Source: Octopus sinensis
Lineage: Eukaryota
Direction: 5' to 3'
Assembly: GCF_006345805.1 (NCBI RefSeq)
Contig: NC_043004.1
Location: 65,162,001-65,226,000 of the forward strand
Length of the DNA: 64,000 bases
The notes beneath the pieces were generated by a model. That model did no database searches, had not been told where the DNA came from, and saw only the letters and a list, made by a program, of their open reading frames with translations. The position numbers and the translations under genes were made by a program. Every line of letters starts with the position of its first letter. Position 1 is the first letter of the stretch. Of this stretch, positions 1 through 13,730 are shown in pieces.

Positions 1-240
1 AACAGTTGCTACCCAAACACAAAAATCGTGTTACACAGGGTCATTCGTTTCCGGCTAATGAAGCGACTAGCAGTCATTTTAATGGGCCATCTTGATCGTA
101 GAATTACCGTCACATGCCATCTTAATATTTAAAGTTAGTTGGAGATATTTATATCTCAGAAGATATAAATATTTATATGTCAAAGGGGCCTGGTAGAATA
201 CCTACTAGACTTAAATTCTAAGGTCAATACGGTATCCTAG

Positions 241-292
241 AATGGCCGCAGTCCAATGTTTGAAACAAATAGAAAGTAAAAGTAATAATAGA
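241..292 (+). mobile_element. Isolated 3' tail of SINE group B
   Basis: ATGGCCGCAGTCCAATGTTTGAAACAAATAGAAAG matches the tail of the full group-B copies (e.g. 59685-59735). Confidence 0.5.
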
Positions 293-1261
293 CGCCACTA
301 CATCACCAATGTCTAATGACTGAACCAAGTGAAAGTATAAAATGAAAAGGTGAAACATGCGTGTGTGAAAAGATCATATTCCTCCGCCCAAAATATTTTC
401 CAGTTTCAAATGAACTTCAATCAGTTTAAATTGGTATATTCAAACACTGGTATGACAATGGTCTGAAAGAGATTGGTGATTGTTTGTGTAGAACGTCGAG
501 TCTTTGGAAAAAGACGGAGTTAAATGAATCAGTTACGACAAGAAAGAATGAATAATCTACCATAGAAAGTTGGCGAACATTTTGTGACAGGTTACCCCAT
601 GATGAGCATAAATTTGAATTATGTATCACGGAGAAAACCCAGACAAAGAATTCATTCAACCAATTCAATGGGACATTTCTGCATAAACAAATTGCTGTAG
701 AGGAGGCCAACAAGACTAATATTTTATGCAATCTAACTGGCATTATTTTATTTTAGGATGAAAGTTGTGGAGGCTAGCATTCTATAGTACATTTCGTTAG
801 ATTTGCGATTTTCATAATGGTAACTTCCTTGTGAGAGTTGAATCTCTTTTTATTGGGATCTCGCTCTTGTAATCCAACTCGAGAAGATCAAGAAAGGTCA
901 AGGAAACGATAAAAGGTCACAAGCACATAATTTAGCGGCAGAATCGCGAAATGAATTTATTACTCTTCGTATATCTTCGCAGAGACTAATTTTGAGATAT
1001 ACAATCACTGAAAGATCAAAGTCGAAAATGCTATTATCCAATAATAATTGGCGCAATACTCGATTCTAAACATATCGAACAGACAACAATAATGATATAT
1101 AATTTTCAAATTATAGATTGTGAGAGACTTGTCTGTAGTGGAAACTTCTGAGAAAACGGAAAACAGACTCTGACATTAAAAATCTGATTAAGGAATTAGG
1201 AAGTAAAAACGGCATTTTCTTGGAAGCTTTCAAGAGTCAAAAATAGCAATGATATTTTAAA

Positions 1262-1562
1262 TGGCACTCCGTCGGTTACGATAACGAAACTTCCAGTTAA
1301 TCCGATCAACGGAACAGACAGCTCCTGAAACTAATGCTCACGTGTACCCTTAAGGTAGTTCTCAGGGAGATTCAGCATGAAGCAGAATAGGACAATGTTG
1401 GCCATTTGAAGTTCAGGTACTATTCATTTTTGCCAGCTGAGTGGATTGGAGCAACGTGAAATAAAGTATCTTGCTCAAAGGGATAACACGTCATCAAGAA
1501 TCGAACTCCCGACCTTACGATCATGAGCCAAATACTATAACCGCTAAGTCACATGCCTTCAC
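1262..1562 (-). mobile_element. tRNA-derived SINE, group D
   Basis: The minus strand starts GTGAAGGCATGTGACTTAGCGGTTATAG, with a box-B-like GAGTTCGATTC and the core ...TTTATTTCACGTTGCTCCAATCCACTCAGCTGGCAAAAATG. It is homologous to 58287-58608. Confidence 0.8.
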
Positions 1563-2487
1563 ATCAAAGGTTCTAATACAGCGGTAAAATAGTGAACGTG
1601 TGCGGCACTCATTCAACAAAAAGCATGAAACAGTTATCTTTTTTTTTCATAATAACTGAAAGTGTCTACAATATCTTTTTTAACGTTAAAAGAATAAGAA
1701 ATTTCTCTGATACACACAGGCTGTCAATCATTGAGCCATTTATCAAATGCCCGGTGGCCTGGCCTGAAGCGATTGTGCGAAATAATTTGCATCAAATCGC
1801 AATGATATGAATTTCGGCATGCGATTTCTTCTGAAACTTAATTTGATGTCTAAAAAAAAGCCAGAAGTGTAGTAAGCGGTGCTCTTGAATGAATGCCCTC
1901 TTTCATACACATGTTTATTCCAGTTAACATTTTGTCACACTGTATTATGCAAGAGATGTCAATATTGATATTGCAGTGGGTAACACTGAAAAACGTCATT
2001 TAAAATCTGCATAAACTGTGAGTTCAGTTTGACATTGTGCTGACAGAATCTAAACAAGTCGCTAACAATATGCAAATTGAAATTAAACTGCAAGCAAACG
2101 AGAGAAACAGAATCAAAGTTTTTGATGTTAACTAGTCAGGTGATGAAAGCCAGGTAAATGATCCTGACACAAGCAGAATCGTTAATTCGGATATCTGCTT
2201 TTTATCTAATTGTTAAGACAACCATTGGTGGGTTAACAATGACAATTTTGAAGCTTCGAGGAAAATTTCTGCTAATTTTTTGTATTCCTCTGGCAATAAC
2301 TGTCTATATCGGAATATCTTTTGACCTGAAAGTAGCTAACATTTGCAGAAATTTACAATAATGATGTAAATAGCAAACATCATTCAAAAGTATTAATCGC
2401 CACGAAAAATATAATACACCATTGCTCCGTTATAGAACTACACTTTAAACGCATAGATTTACTGAGCGCAATATAAAACAGCGTAAT

Positions 2488-2898
2488 GCGGTGAGCTGGC
2501 AGAATCGTTAGTACGCCAAGTGAAATGTTTAGCAGTATTTCGTCTGCCGCTACGTTCTGAGTTCAAATTCCGCCGAGGTCGACTTTGCCTTTCATCCTTT
2601 CGGGGTCGATTAAATAAGTAGCAGTTAAGCACTGGGGTCGATATAATCGACTTAATCCGTTTGTCTGTCCTTGTCTGTCCCCTCTATGTTTAGCCCCTTG
2701 TGGGTAGTAAAGAAATAGGTATTTCGTCTGCCGTTACGTTCTGAGTTCAAATTCCGCCGAGGTCGACTTTGCCTTTCATCCTTTCGGAGTGGATAAAATA
2801 AGTACTAGTTACACACTGGGGTCGATGTAATCGACTTAATACCTTTGTCCTTGTTTGTCCTCTCTATCTTTAGCGCCCTGTGGGCAATAAAGAAATAA
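2488..2898 (+). mobile_element. tRNA-derived SINE group A, dimer
   Basis: The head GCGGTGAGCTGGCAGAATCGTTAG and box B GAGTTCAAATTCC are present. A second unit starts at 2718 (AAAGAAATA|GGTATTTCG). Many homologues lie in the window. Confidence 0.85.
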
Positions 2899-3142
2899 AT
2901 ATTATACATTGTTTCTAACTTTTAGGCATAATTCTGGCTTCTTATGATGCATAAGACAACATTCGAAAACCGGTATTAAGGAAGGATACAAAAATATTAA
3001 GTTTATAAGCCCTAATTCACTCTATAATTGCTCATGGTTAACAGCTTGGGCTACTAATCCCAAGACTGCGGGTTCAATTCCAGGCAGTGTCTTGAAAATT
3101 AATAATAATAATATTAATAGTAACAACAATAATAATAACAAC

Positions 3143-3173
<31 letters not shown>

Positions 3174-3330
3174 TCAGTAAAAACTACCTTAGGAAATAGA
3201 ACTCAGGGTTGGGTTCAAAATTCTACCAGGGTACCGGCTGGAGAGTAAATCAGTCGAAACGTTGTGGTAACAAGATGAGGACATATATCTGTCTAATCTA
3301 AGTAATGTAAATAATGCCCATTTAGTAAGC

Positions 3331-3529
3331 TTAACACTCTAGCATTGAAACCGGCCTTTTTATGTTCAAAGCTACCAGATCCGGCCTGTTACACCTATCC
3401 TACAATTTTATTCAAAAACGAACGATCACTGCATCAACATCGGAAAGGTTCAAGGTAATGCATGATTAATTCAAAACTATTTAAGGAAGCTTTACACTTG
3501 ATCGAAAGATCTAAATGCTAAAACGTTAA
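3331..3529. mobile_element. Probable piggyBac-type MITE
   Basis: The ends TTAACACTCTAGCATT (3331) and AATGCTAAAACGTTAA (3529) are imperfect inverted repeats bounded by TTAA. There is no coding capacity. Confidence 0.5.
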
Positions 3530-3927
3530 CCTGTTCAATGAACAAACATGCTACAAGGTAATCAGATGGCTTTCATTCCATTCAGCATCATACCATAACT
3601 CACTTTTTGAATATATCATACAAAACTTTGCATAAACGCTTGTGAAAAACCCACTTAGCAATTCTACAAGCTTTGGTAATAGATGAATAATTAATATTGC
3701 ACAACTTTTATTTTCATTGAAAACAGACGACAATTCTATGAAAGTGTCTTGATGGATGTCCTAGCCGTTTTCTGTGCGCTGAATCTACGAGATTCTTCAG
3801 AAGTTCCTTTTGAATTTAAATGGTATACACAATGCTTTTCTTTTATTTTATTCCTGTTCTTTTTTCTTTATGTATATATTTTGAAATACTGTCTTTGCTA
3901 TTTTATAGTAAATATCTATTGTTATTT

Positions 3928-4003
3928 GTATGTATGTATGTATGTATGTATGTATGTATGTATGTATGTATGTATGTATGTATGTATGTATGTATGTATG
4001 TAT
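3928..4003. repeat. (TATG)n microsatellite
   Basis: Direct reading. Confidence 0.95.
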
Positions 4004-4151
4004 ATGCACACATACATACACACACACGCACGCACACACACACACATACGCACTCACAAACATTTTGATGATTGAAGTGGAATGGGGAAGGTCAATTAAA
4101 GCAAATTATACATGGAACATTTCATCAGCCGTGTAGACCAGAATCCACAAA

Positions 4152-5168
4152 CGTAGTCTGATCATTAAGTATCCGGACTGTTGCTATGGTAACAACAGTT
4201 TTTGAGGCCAATCTGTGCCAAGCGGTATCACTCTGCTTGCTTTACTTTCGTTACTATGGCATCAGTGTGTATACTTACTGATCAGACCTTGTATTTTCCA
4301 TGCGTTCAAAGTCCACCGAGTTAAAAATCCATGATATACGCAGAGTAATGCCGCTTGTCACAGATTGACCTTGCTTTCTGCTGTGCATGCGCACTAAGTT
4401 TTAACCGTCTAGCTCACTTCCGCTGTTTACATCAGTGCTACAAAGTTATATAGCATGTGATCGTTGCATTGACCATGACAGAGAAAGTTGAGCAGAAAAT
4501 CTGCATCAAATTTATCCAAAAGCTTGGCAGTGCCTGATCAGAGGCCTACGTAATGTTTTCAAAGAAATTTTCATCATTCTCGCCACAATCAAAGAGATCT
4601 TGTGCAACTGAAATCCGAGTGTCTTTCTGGTCAGCTGAAAACAGTTTTGGCACAAACTTGGCAGACACACGTCTCATACCCAAATCGTCAGTGATAATGG
4701 ACTGAACTGAACTGTAACTAATCTGCACATCTTCTGATAACTCACGGATGGCGACTTCACTTCATAGCTGCACGCACATCTGCTGTGTGTTTCTCAGTTC
4801 TGTTGGTTGCGGGTCTCCCACATCGTTCGTCACCATCGACATTTTTTCAGCCATCTTGGAAACGTCTGAACCAATCGTACACTTGTGTGCAGCTCATACA
4901 CTCCTCTCCATACTCTTTCTATAATTTTAAGTAGGCCTCTGAGCAGGTAACGCCATGACAACTTTCCCTGTCATGGTCAATGTGGCGATCACGCTCTACA
5001 CACTTTCCTTCTAAGCACTACTGTAAACAGCGGAAGTGAGCTAGAAGGTCAAATCTTAGAGCACCTGCACAACAGTTTTTGAGGCCAATCTGTGCCAAGC
5101 AGTATCACTCTGCTTGCTTCATCTTTGTTACTATGGCAACAGTGCGGATACTTACTGATCAGACTTTG
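4152..5168 (-). mobile_element. Rearranged mariner (Tc1/mariner) remnant
   Basis: The minus-strand transposase N-terminal half reads ...DDLGMRRVSAKFVPKLFSADQKDTR... A TIR-like CAAAGTCTGATCAGTAAGTATCCGCACTG ends at 5168 next to TA. Further TIR copies lie at 4152-4192 (+) and 4250-4291 (-). A second ORF start, MTEKVEQKICIKFIQKLG, lies on + at about 4476. Confidence 0.8.
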
Positions 5169-5824
5169 TAATTTCCACGCGTTCAAAGTCCACAGAGTTT
5201 AAATTCCATGATACATACCAACGTACATACACGCACACACACACACGCCCAGAAACGGACATACACACACACTTACTCACACGCGGGCGCGCATAGAAAT
5301 ACACGCGGACATAAATTTTTCATATACCTTATAGAAAACCGTCATTGTAAAATAGAAGGGAGGAAATTCTCTGCTCTCCAAGTTGAGCAATATAACTAGT
5401 ATCCTTATGAACTTTCCAGGCATAACTTGATCAACTCAGCAGGGCAGTCCGGTCTGCTGGCATTATAAACGTCAAAACATCAGACTAGCTATCCTGGTAT
5501 TACTGAGCCGTGGTAATCAAGAAGGCATTTGGTTCCGTGCGGATAATGAATGCAGCGGGAAGGTGAGAAGCGTGAAGGACAAAAGAAGCTTGCATTAAAA
5601 ACCCAAACGAACTCAACTGATCTTCCTTGTTTACCGCTTTATATTAATTCCGAACCAACTTTTGAATCTCATTGTAAAGATGAAATCAGATGATGTTTTT
5701 TTATCAGGATTAATAATCGTATCACTATACGTTCATTTATTACAATCACCTGATAATATATATTTTTACGATATTAATTAATATAACTATAATTAAAATG
5801 TTTATATTTATGTGTGTGTGTGCG

Positions 5825-5942
<118 letters not shown>

Positions 5943-6184
5943 CTGTGCATGTATGTGTGTGCGTGTGTGTATATATGTATGTAGATAGGTATACATGTAT
6001 ATATGTACGTATTTCTTTTAAATTAGACTGTGCATAGATGGCAAGCGTATCGAAGGCAAACAACGCGACTTTAACTACACAACTGTAGAAACACCGACAA
6101 GAACAATTAATTAAAATATCGGGATGCGTCTTTCTGGACACCAATCCGTCATCATCATCATCATCATCATCATCTTCATAATTA

Positions 6185-7147
6185 AGGTTCAGTGCTTGGG
6201 CCGTTATTGTTTTTAGTCTTCATAAATGACTTGCCCGACGACCTCACGCAACACACCCTTCTATTTGCCGATGATTTCAAACTGGTCGCTCCTCGCAGTG
6301 ATATAGATGATTTTCGTCGATGCCTCCACCAAGTTTGGAGATGGTCTAACGAATGGGACCTGTGTCTGAACATGTCAAAGTGCTGTCATCTGCCTGTTGG
6401 CTCCTCTCCTGCAACTCAACTTGATTTCGAGCCGGGTCGTCTGCTGCTGAAGAGGACCGACCAGGTAAAGGACCTGGGTATCTTGGTGGATTCTTCCTTT
6501 TCGCCTTCGGCCCAATGCGTCCATGCTGCCAACAAAGCACGCGGATTTCTGTTTTTGATTCGACGGTCATTCGGAATGCTCACAGCAGCCATATTCCTAC
6601 CGCTCTGTATCACGCTGGTGAGACCCATATTGGAGTACGGGATTCAAGCCTCTTCTACTTATTTCCTCAAAGACATACACCATCTCAAAAGAGTCCAGAA
6701 GCTGGCTACCCGCATGGTTCTTGGCCTCAAGCATTTGTCTTATGAAGAAAGGCTGAAGACACTCGACCTTTATTCTCTAGAAAAACGATGACGCCGTGGT
6801 GATCTCATTCTTGCTCACAACATCATAAGCGGAAAGTGTAACCTCTCGAAAGAGCTGTTCTTCACTCCTGCTCCAGAGCGTCGGCTGCGGGGTCACTCCA
6901 AAAAGTTCTGTCTGTGACGATTTCCTCTCAATCGACGGAGAGGGGCTATATCCGTCCGGGTTGCGGATCCGTAGAATAAGCTGCCGGACAAGATAGGGAA
7001 GATGCCGACGACCGCTCGGTTCAAAGACTCTCTTGACCAGAAATGGCCTGAACTCTTTGTATGACCACCCTCCCTGTACATAACTCCATGTCCCCCTACT
7101 TTTTGGCCTTGCTTTTGCTTTTTGAGCTAAAAATTAACTTAACTTAA
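6185..7147 (+). mobile_element. 5'-truncated CR1-clade LINE (RT C-terminal half and 3' UTR)
   Basis: Motifs GSVLGPLLFLVFINDLP, FADD, LVRPILEY and LSYEERLKTLDLYSLEKR*RRGDLI are present. A few in-frame stops, an AACTT-type tail and a possible AATTA TSD (6180-6184 / 7148-7152) are seen. It sits in a (CAT)n tract. Confidence 0.92.
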
Positions 7148-7152
7148 AATTA

Positions 7153-7750
7153 TCACCATCACCATCATCATCGTCATCATCATCATCATCGTCGTCATCA
7201 TCATCATCATCATCATCGTCATCATCATCGTCATCGTCATCGCCATCATCGTCATATTTCTTGCCCTGCTTCGCCTCCTTCATTTCCTGTTGTTACTCCT
7301 CTTCCTCCCCTTCCTCTTCCTGGCAGTTCTTCGAACATCGTCACTACCGATCAACACATTTTCTTCCACCGCCGCCACTGCAACTACTACTACCACCACC
7401 ACCACCACTACCACTACCACTACCACTACTACCTCCGCCTCCACCATCGCCACCTCAACCGCAGCCGCTGCCGCGACCACTCCATCCATCGCCACCGCCG
7501 TCACTACCACTACCACGACCACGACCACCACGACCACCACGACCACCACCACCGCCACCACCACCACCACCGCCACCACCACCACCACGACCACCACCAC
7601 CGCCACCACCACCACCACCGCCACCACCACCACCACCGCCACCACGACCACCACGACCACCACCACCGCCACCACCGCCACCAACACCACCACCGCCACC
7701 ACCACCACCACCATCGCCACCACCACGACCACCGCCACCACCACAGCCAC
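7153..7750. repeat. Compound (CAT)n / (ACC)n trinucleotide low-complexity tract
   Basis: Direct reading. It is the source of the poly-T/P/G/V pseudo-ORFs. Confidence 0.9.
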
Positions 7751-8033
7751 TATCATTGATTACAAGGGGAACTCCTGTTATTTGCAACAGCTGCTACAAA
7801 ATCGCCCGATGCAATATTGGTAATTCTTTCCAACACTTCCCAACTCCAACTGCCCCATGCATCTATGTCTCCACAGCGCACGCTATATACCCAGGCAAAA
7901 TACACACACACACACACGTACGAAAACACGTATGCACACACAGACGCACTCAAGCACACACACATATATGGACACTAAGATCCATACATGTGTGTGTGTA
8001 TATACATACATATATAAATATATATATATAAAC

Positions 8034-8065
<32 letters not shown>

Positions 8066-8358
8066 GTTTATACACACACACACATATATATATACATATG
8101 TATTTATATATACACACATACATACGTATATACGTATATATATATACATACATACATATATACATATATATATGTGTGTGTGTGTCTTGTGTATAATATA
8201 TATACATGTATAATATATAATATATGTATATTATATATATACTATATATACGTGTATGTATTTAATTATATACGTGTATATATACATACACACACACACA
8301 TATATAAATACATGTTGTGTGTGTGTGTGTATATATATATATGTATATATATATTATA

Positions 8359-8415
<57 letters not shown>

Positions 8416-8625
8416 CATGCAGTTATACACACGACATAAGTAAATATATATTGCATCCACGCTCGCACACACGCACATACACACAGAACTAACGGTAATG
8501 TGAAACTCTGAGTAATTTTGTGAAGACATTTTCGGCTGTAATAAAAAGCTAGTGACTCTACTTTTGGTATTCGAGTACTATTTTTTGCACCTAGTTTTAC
8601 ATTTGTTCCAGCATATGTGTATGTG

Positions 8626-8700
<75 letters not shown>

Positions 8701-8701
8701 G

Positions 8702-8766
<65 letters not shown>

Positions 8767-8783
8767 AGATAGATAGATAGATA
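8626..8783. repeat. (TCTA)n microsatellite ending in a short inverted (TAGA)n
   Basis: Direct reading. The strand switch is at about 8765. Confidence 0.9.
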
Positions 8784-9309
8784 AATGCATAGGGACATAC
8801 ATGAATCCATCTACACGTATGTACACTCAGACATGTTTCTTTTACTAAGTCAAAACATTCGCACAAAGCCATTAATCAGAAATATATACAGGGACACCGA
8901 CAAATATGCATGAAAATAGACACATACATGCACAAAAACAGGCACGTACACACAGAGACTTACCCCAGCAACACGACAGTCACACAAACAAATACACACA
9001 CACACACACACACACATACCTACATAAACACGTGCACATGAGGATATATTCATATATATACACGGATGTGTTGGACATGATTCTGTGTTAATCGTGGCGG
9101 TGTAACATACGAGGTGAAGAGAGCGGAGAGACGATGAGGAAAAAGGAGATGAAGGAGAACGAAGGGTGATTAGAATAATGAAGAGGAAGTTGATGGAATG
9201 AGGAAGGAGTAGGGTTTGGGTTAAGGGGGTGGAGTTGGGAAAATAATTGGACAAGTTAAAAGGGAGTAAGAAACAGACAAAGGAAACGATGTGGCCGCTC
9301 TTTAGGATA

Positions 9310-9603
9310 TCGATGAAGATGACGATGATGATGATGGTGATGATGATGACGACAGTGATTGTGACGATGAAGATGGTGAGGATGATGATGTTGGTGATGA
9401 TGGTGATTAAGATGATGATGGTGACGATGGTAATGATGATGACGATGATGGTGATGATGGTGATTGAGATGACTATGATTATGACGATGATGATGATGAT
9501 GATGTTGACGATGATGGTGGTGTTGGCGGTGGTTGTGGTGATATCGAGGCTCATAATGACGACGATAAGGAGGCTGATGATGATGATGATGATGATGATG
9601 ATA

Positions 9604-9655
<52 letters not shown>

Positions 9656-9768
9656 CGACGACGATGAGGATGCTGACGATGTTGATGATGATGATGATGA
9701 TCGTGACTCCGGTGTTGCTCTTGCTCTTGGCGTTGCTGCTACTGCTGCTACTGCTACTGCTGCTGATA

Positions 9769-9829
<61 letters not shown>

Positions 9830-9844
9830 CGGCGACGACGACGA

Positions 9845-9878
<34 letters not shown>

Positions 9879-10148
9879 GATGATGATGAGGATGAGGATG
9901 ATGACGATGATGACGATGATGATGATGATGATGATGATGATGACGATGACGGTGAGATGCTGCTGCTTCTGACATTGATGATGATGACTGTGACATGGCG
10001 ATGAAGAAAATGATGACGATGATTGTTATTATTATTATTATTATTATGATGATGATGATCGGGATGATATTAACAATGAGGATGTGATGACGAAGGCGCT
10101 GGCGGTGATGCTAATAGTGACGATGATGATGATGATAATGGTTGAGAA

Positions 10149-10184
<36 letters not shown>

Positions 10185-10460
10185 AACAACAACTACAACT
10201 ACTGCTGCTGCTACTGCTGCTGCTGCTGCTGCTACTACTACTACTACTACTTTTATTATCTTCATCTCATCATCATCATCATCATCATCGTCATCGCCGT
10301 CTTCATTATTAGCATGACGTCGATGAGGACGGAGATGACGTCGACGAAGCTAATACTGTAAATAATGATGATGATGATAACACTGTTGCTGCTACTGCTG
10401 TTACTACTGTTGTTGTTGTTGATGACGATGATAATGATGATGATGATGATGATGTCGACG
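9310..10460. repeat. (GAT)n-dominated compound trinucleotide tract
   Basis: Direct reading (GAT, GCT, ACT and ATT blocks). Confidence 0.9.
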
Positions 10461-11188
10461 GCGACGTCGATGGCGATGATGATGGTGCGGTGAGTTTGAC
10501 AGCGGTAATGAGGGTGACGGCAATGTTACTGATAATTATGATGAATCGGCGGGGAGGAGGAGGAGGTGCGAGGAGTGTAGCCGAAGTAGGAGGAGGTGGA
10601 TCACCAGCATCTCTACAACAAAAATGATAACAACAACAGCAGCAGCAGCAACAGCAGTAACAACAACAACAACAACAACAACAACTACGACAGCAAAATC
10701 TTCTCCAGTTACTACCAGCATCACCACCAACACCATAAACACAACAACCACAACAACTATAACGACAGCAAACAGCACACACACACACACACATACACAC
10801 ACACACACACGTACACACAAACCAAAACTAAACACAAGACCAAAAACAAAACACAACTATAGAAAGGTCAGACATGATGTTGAAACGAAATGGAAGATTT
10901 CGTGATTATCTGCAAAAGATCAGTAGTTACTTATTGATTAGTTCGGCGTATATATGTATGAGTGTATATATGTATGTATACGCGTGTGTTTGTGTGTGTC
11001 GATGTAGGTATGTATATTATGTATATATATATATATATATAATATATATAATATATATTATATATATATATATATATAAATTGATCAAAATAAAAGCATG
11101 ATGCGAAGGATGATCAATTTACTCCACCACCTACACCACCAAACGGTATACACAGGTGCTTATAATTATCAAGTACTCACCCCGAATT

Positions 11189-11221
<33 letters not shown>

Positions 11222-11439
11222 TATATATATAATATATATATGTATATATATATAGACATATATGTATGTATATACATATACACATACATATATACATATA
11301 TTTATATCTATATATACATATATACACACACATATATATATATGAATAAATCAATCTTACAACACAGACATTTATGTAGATAGTATCACTGTATACATGT
11401 ATGCATCTATATATATTCTATCATGTCTATGTGCATGTA

Positions 11440-11478
<39 letters not shown>

Positions 11479-11753
11479 TAATACACATTATAGCTATATA
11501 GTATATATATATACATTATATCTATATTTATGTATATCTATATATGGATGTATATATACATACATACATATAGATATACTTACCTATATATATAATATAT
11601 ATATTTGTTGTGCAAGATTTTTTATGTGAAGTCGTGTGTTGAAACAGATATTGTTATATTTCGGAATGGTCATTTTGCCAGTTTAGCCAATAAAAACACA
11701 CGCACTATATATTTGGTGTTATTTATATTTTACATTAATCTTTATCTTATTTC

Positions 11754-11797
11754 GGCCAGAGTTCTTTCGTCACACTCCTGTGACTGCATCAGTGGTC
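11754..11797 (-). ncRNA. Minimal type I hammerhead-like motif in the 3' pLTR (A9->C core variant)
   Basis: GACCA CTGATG CA GTCAC-AGGAGT-GTGAC GAAA G-AA-C TC TGGCC. Confidence 0.55.
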
Positions 11798-12099
11798 CTT
11801 TGTTTTCTTCTTTCTTATTTGTGTCTCTCCTTACTAACCGTCAGCCATTTTGTATTTCTATTGTATGTCTTCATTTGCGCATGCTTATATCTCTACGTGC
11901 GTCTATGTTTAGTTAGTGTGGGTGCGGGGGGGGTGCCTGTAATATCTGTATCTTCTGTTTATATACGTTCGTATAATTTGTTTTTGTTGTTGTTGTTTTT
12001 GTTTATTCTTATTTTGTTCACGTGTTTACAACCACTTATTATTATTTTCATTACGTATGCTTGTACGTATGTATGTATGTATGTATAACAACAATACTA

Positions 12100-12159
<60 letters not shown>

Positions 12160-12296
12160 TAAAAATAAAAATCTTTTAAATTAAAAAAACAACTTATATA
12201 GTTATATATTTCTATTTGTTTATTAATCTGTGTATTTTATATATTATGTTTTCGGTTTTGTTTATATTGTAAACAGTTTATGGGGATCCTCTACCG

Positions 12297-12617
12297 TCAT
12301 ATGTTATGGTGTGTGCAAGTGTTCCATTCCAGTTTCCTATTCAGGCTAGGTTTATCTTCTATTATGTGTGTAGCTTCTGTAATTTGTCTGATTGTTGCAT
12401 CTGTTCTATGTGTGGACAAGATTTTAACTTCTATGTTGTTGATTGATCCCCCGTGTTCCTGTTCGGCGTGTTGGTAGAGAATCGATGTGCTTTTAAGTTC
12501 TCTCCAATGTCCATTTACCCGCTCTCCTATGCTTCGTGCCGTTTCTCCTACGTATGTCGTTGTCTTTTTACTGCATCGTCCCTCTATACATCTTATACTA
12601 TAGACTACATTTCTGGG
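12297..12617 (-). pseudogene. GIY-YIG endonuclease C-terminal fragment of a Penelope-like element
   Basis: An uninterrupted frame, absent from the ORF track because it has no ATG: PRNVVYSIRCIEGRCSKKTTTYVGETARSIGERVNGH...IRQITEATHIIEDKPSLNRKLEW...*. Confidence 0.9.
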
Positions 12618-12699
12618 TTATATATATAAGATATACATTAGAAATACAAAATGGCTGACGGTTAGTAAGGAGAGACAAATTAGAAAGTAGAAAACAAAA

Positions 12700-12743
12700 G
12701 ACCACTGATGCGGTCACAGGAGTGTGACGAAAGAACTCTGGCC
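12700..12743 (+). ncRNA. Minimal type I hammerhead-like motif in the inverted pLTR
   Basis: GACCA CTGATG CG GTCAC-AGGAGT-GTGAC GAAA G-AA-C TC TGGCC. Confidence 0.5.
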
Positions 12744-13225
12744 GAAATAAGATTAAGATTAATGTAAAATATAAATAACACCAAATATATAGTGCGTGTG
12801 TTTTTATTGGCTAAACTGGCAAAATAACCATTCCGAAATATAACAATATATAATATAATATATATATATAGATATAATGTGTGTGTATATACATATATAT
12901 GTGTTTATATATAGATATATATACGTATATATATATATATATTATATATTATATATATATACATTACATGTATATATATATACATGCACATATACGTGTG
13001 CACATACACACACACATGTACATATTGATACACGTACACACATATAAGTATTCATTAAATATGCATGAAATATATTTATGAATAATCTCCGTGCAAAGTC
13101 TGCAAAAAAGAAAAAAACTTTGAATGCTCCTGAAATCTATAATGGAAACGAAATGAACAGAATGCATACATGGCATACATATTAAAATGACAGACACACA
13201 GACATGCTTTACATACATCCATGTT

Positions 13226-13280
<55 letters not shown>

Positions 13281-13383
13281 GTAAATATATATGCGTGTGT
13301 GTTGAGTCTGTGTGTCGATATTCGTGTGTCTCTATGTATGTATGCATATATATTATATTCATTACACATACACACACACATGC

Positions 13384-13420
<37 letters not shown>

Positions 13421-13680
13421 ATATATACATATGTATAAATATATACATATATACGTATACACACAGAGATTTAGATATTCGATATATCGTGTGTGTGTGT
13501 GTGTGTTTATATATATATATGCATATATATACAAATGTGTGTATACACATACATATGTATGCATATATTCGTGTATATATATATGTATAAATATATATAT
13601 AATATATTATATATAATACTACATATATGTGTATATATGTACATGTATATATATGATATATATATATAATATATATATAT

Positions 13681-13730
<50 letters not shown>

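Larger units (their letters stand above)
11648..12849 (-). mobile_element. 5'-truncated Penelope-like element with inverted pseudo-LTRs
   Basis: Inverted repeats of about 220 bp (11648-11870 and 12629-12849) bracket a GIY-YIG coding fragment. (TA)n lies close on both sides. Confidence 0.85.

Noticed and set aside
426-1250. ORF 426-743 and a possible decayed coding remnant or exon
   Set aside because: No recognisable motif, and the candidate exon after 757 has stops in all frames.
2158-2361. Short ORF with a hydrophobic, type II membrane-like stretch
   Set aside because: It has no convincing splice signals or homology, and hydrophobic ORFs arise easily in T-rich DNA.
3041-3097. tRNA-like sequence (also the heads at 18144, 32237 and 54265)
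   Set aside because: There is no complete cloverleaf or acceptor stem. These are SINE heads, not tRNA genes.
7261-8031. Mucin-, extensin- or glycine-rich ORFs, including 7290-7823 with a signal-peptide-like start
   Set aside because: They are translations of (ACC)n/(CCT)n microsatellites, open in several frames and on both strands.
9247-9996. Poly-Met / poly-His ORFs (also 29260-30293 and 53640-54075)
   Set aside because: (GAT)n microsatellite artefacts.
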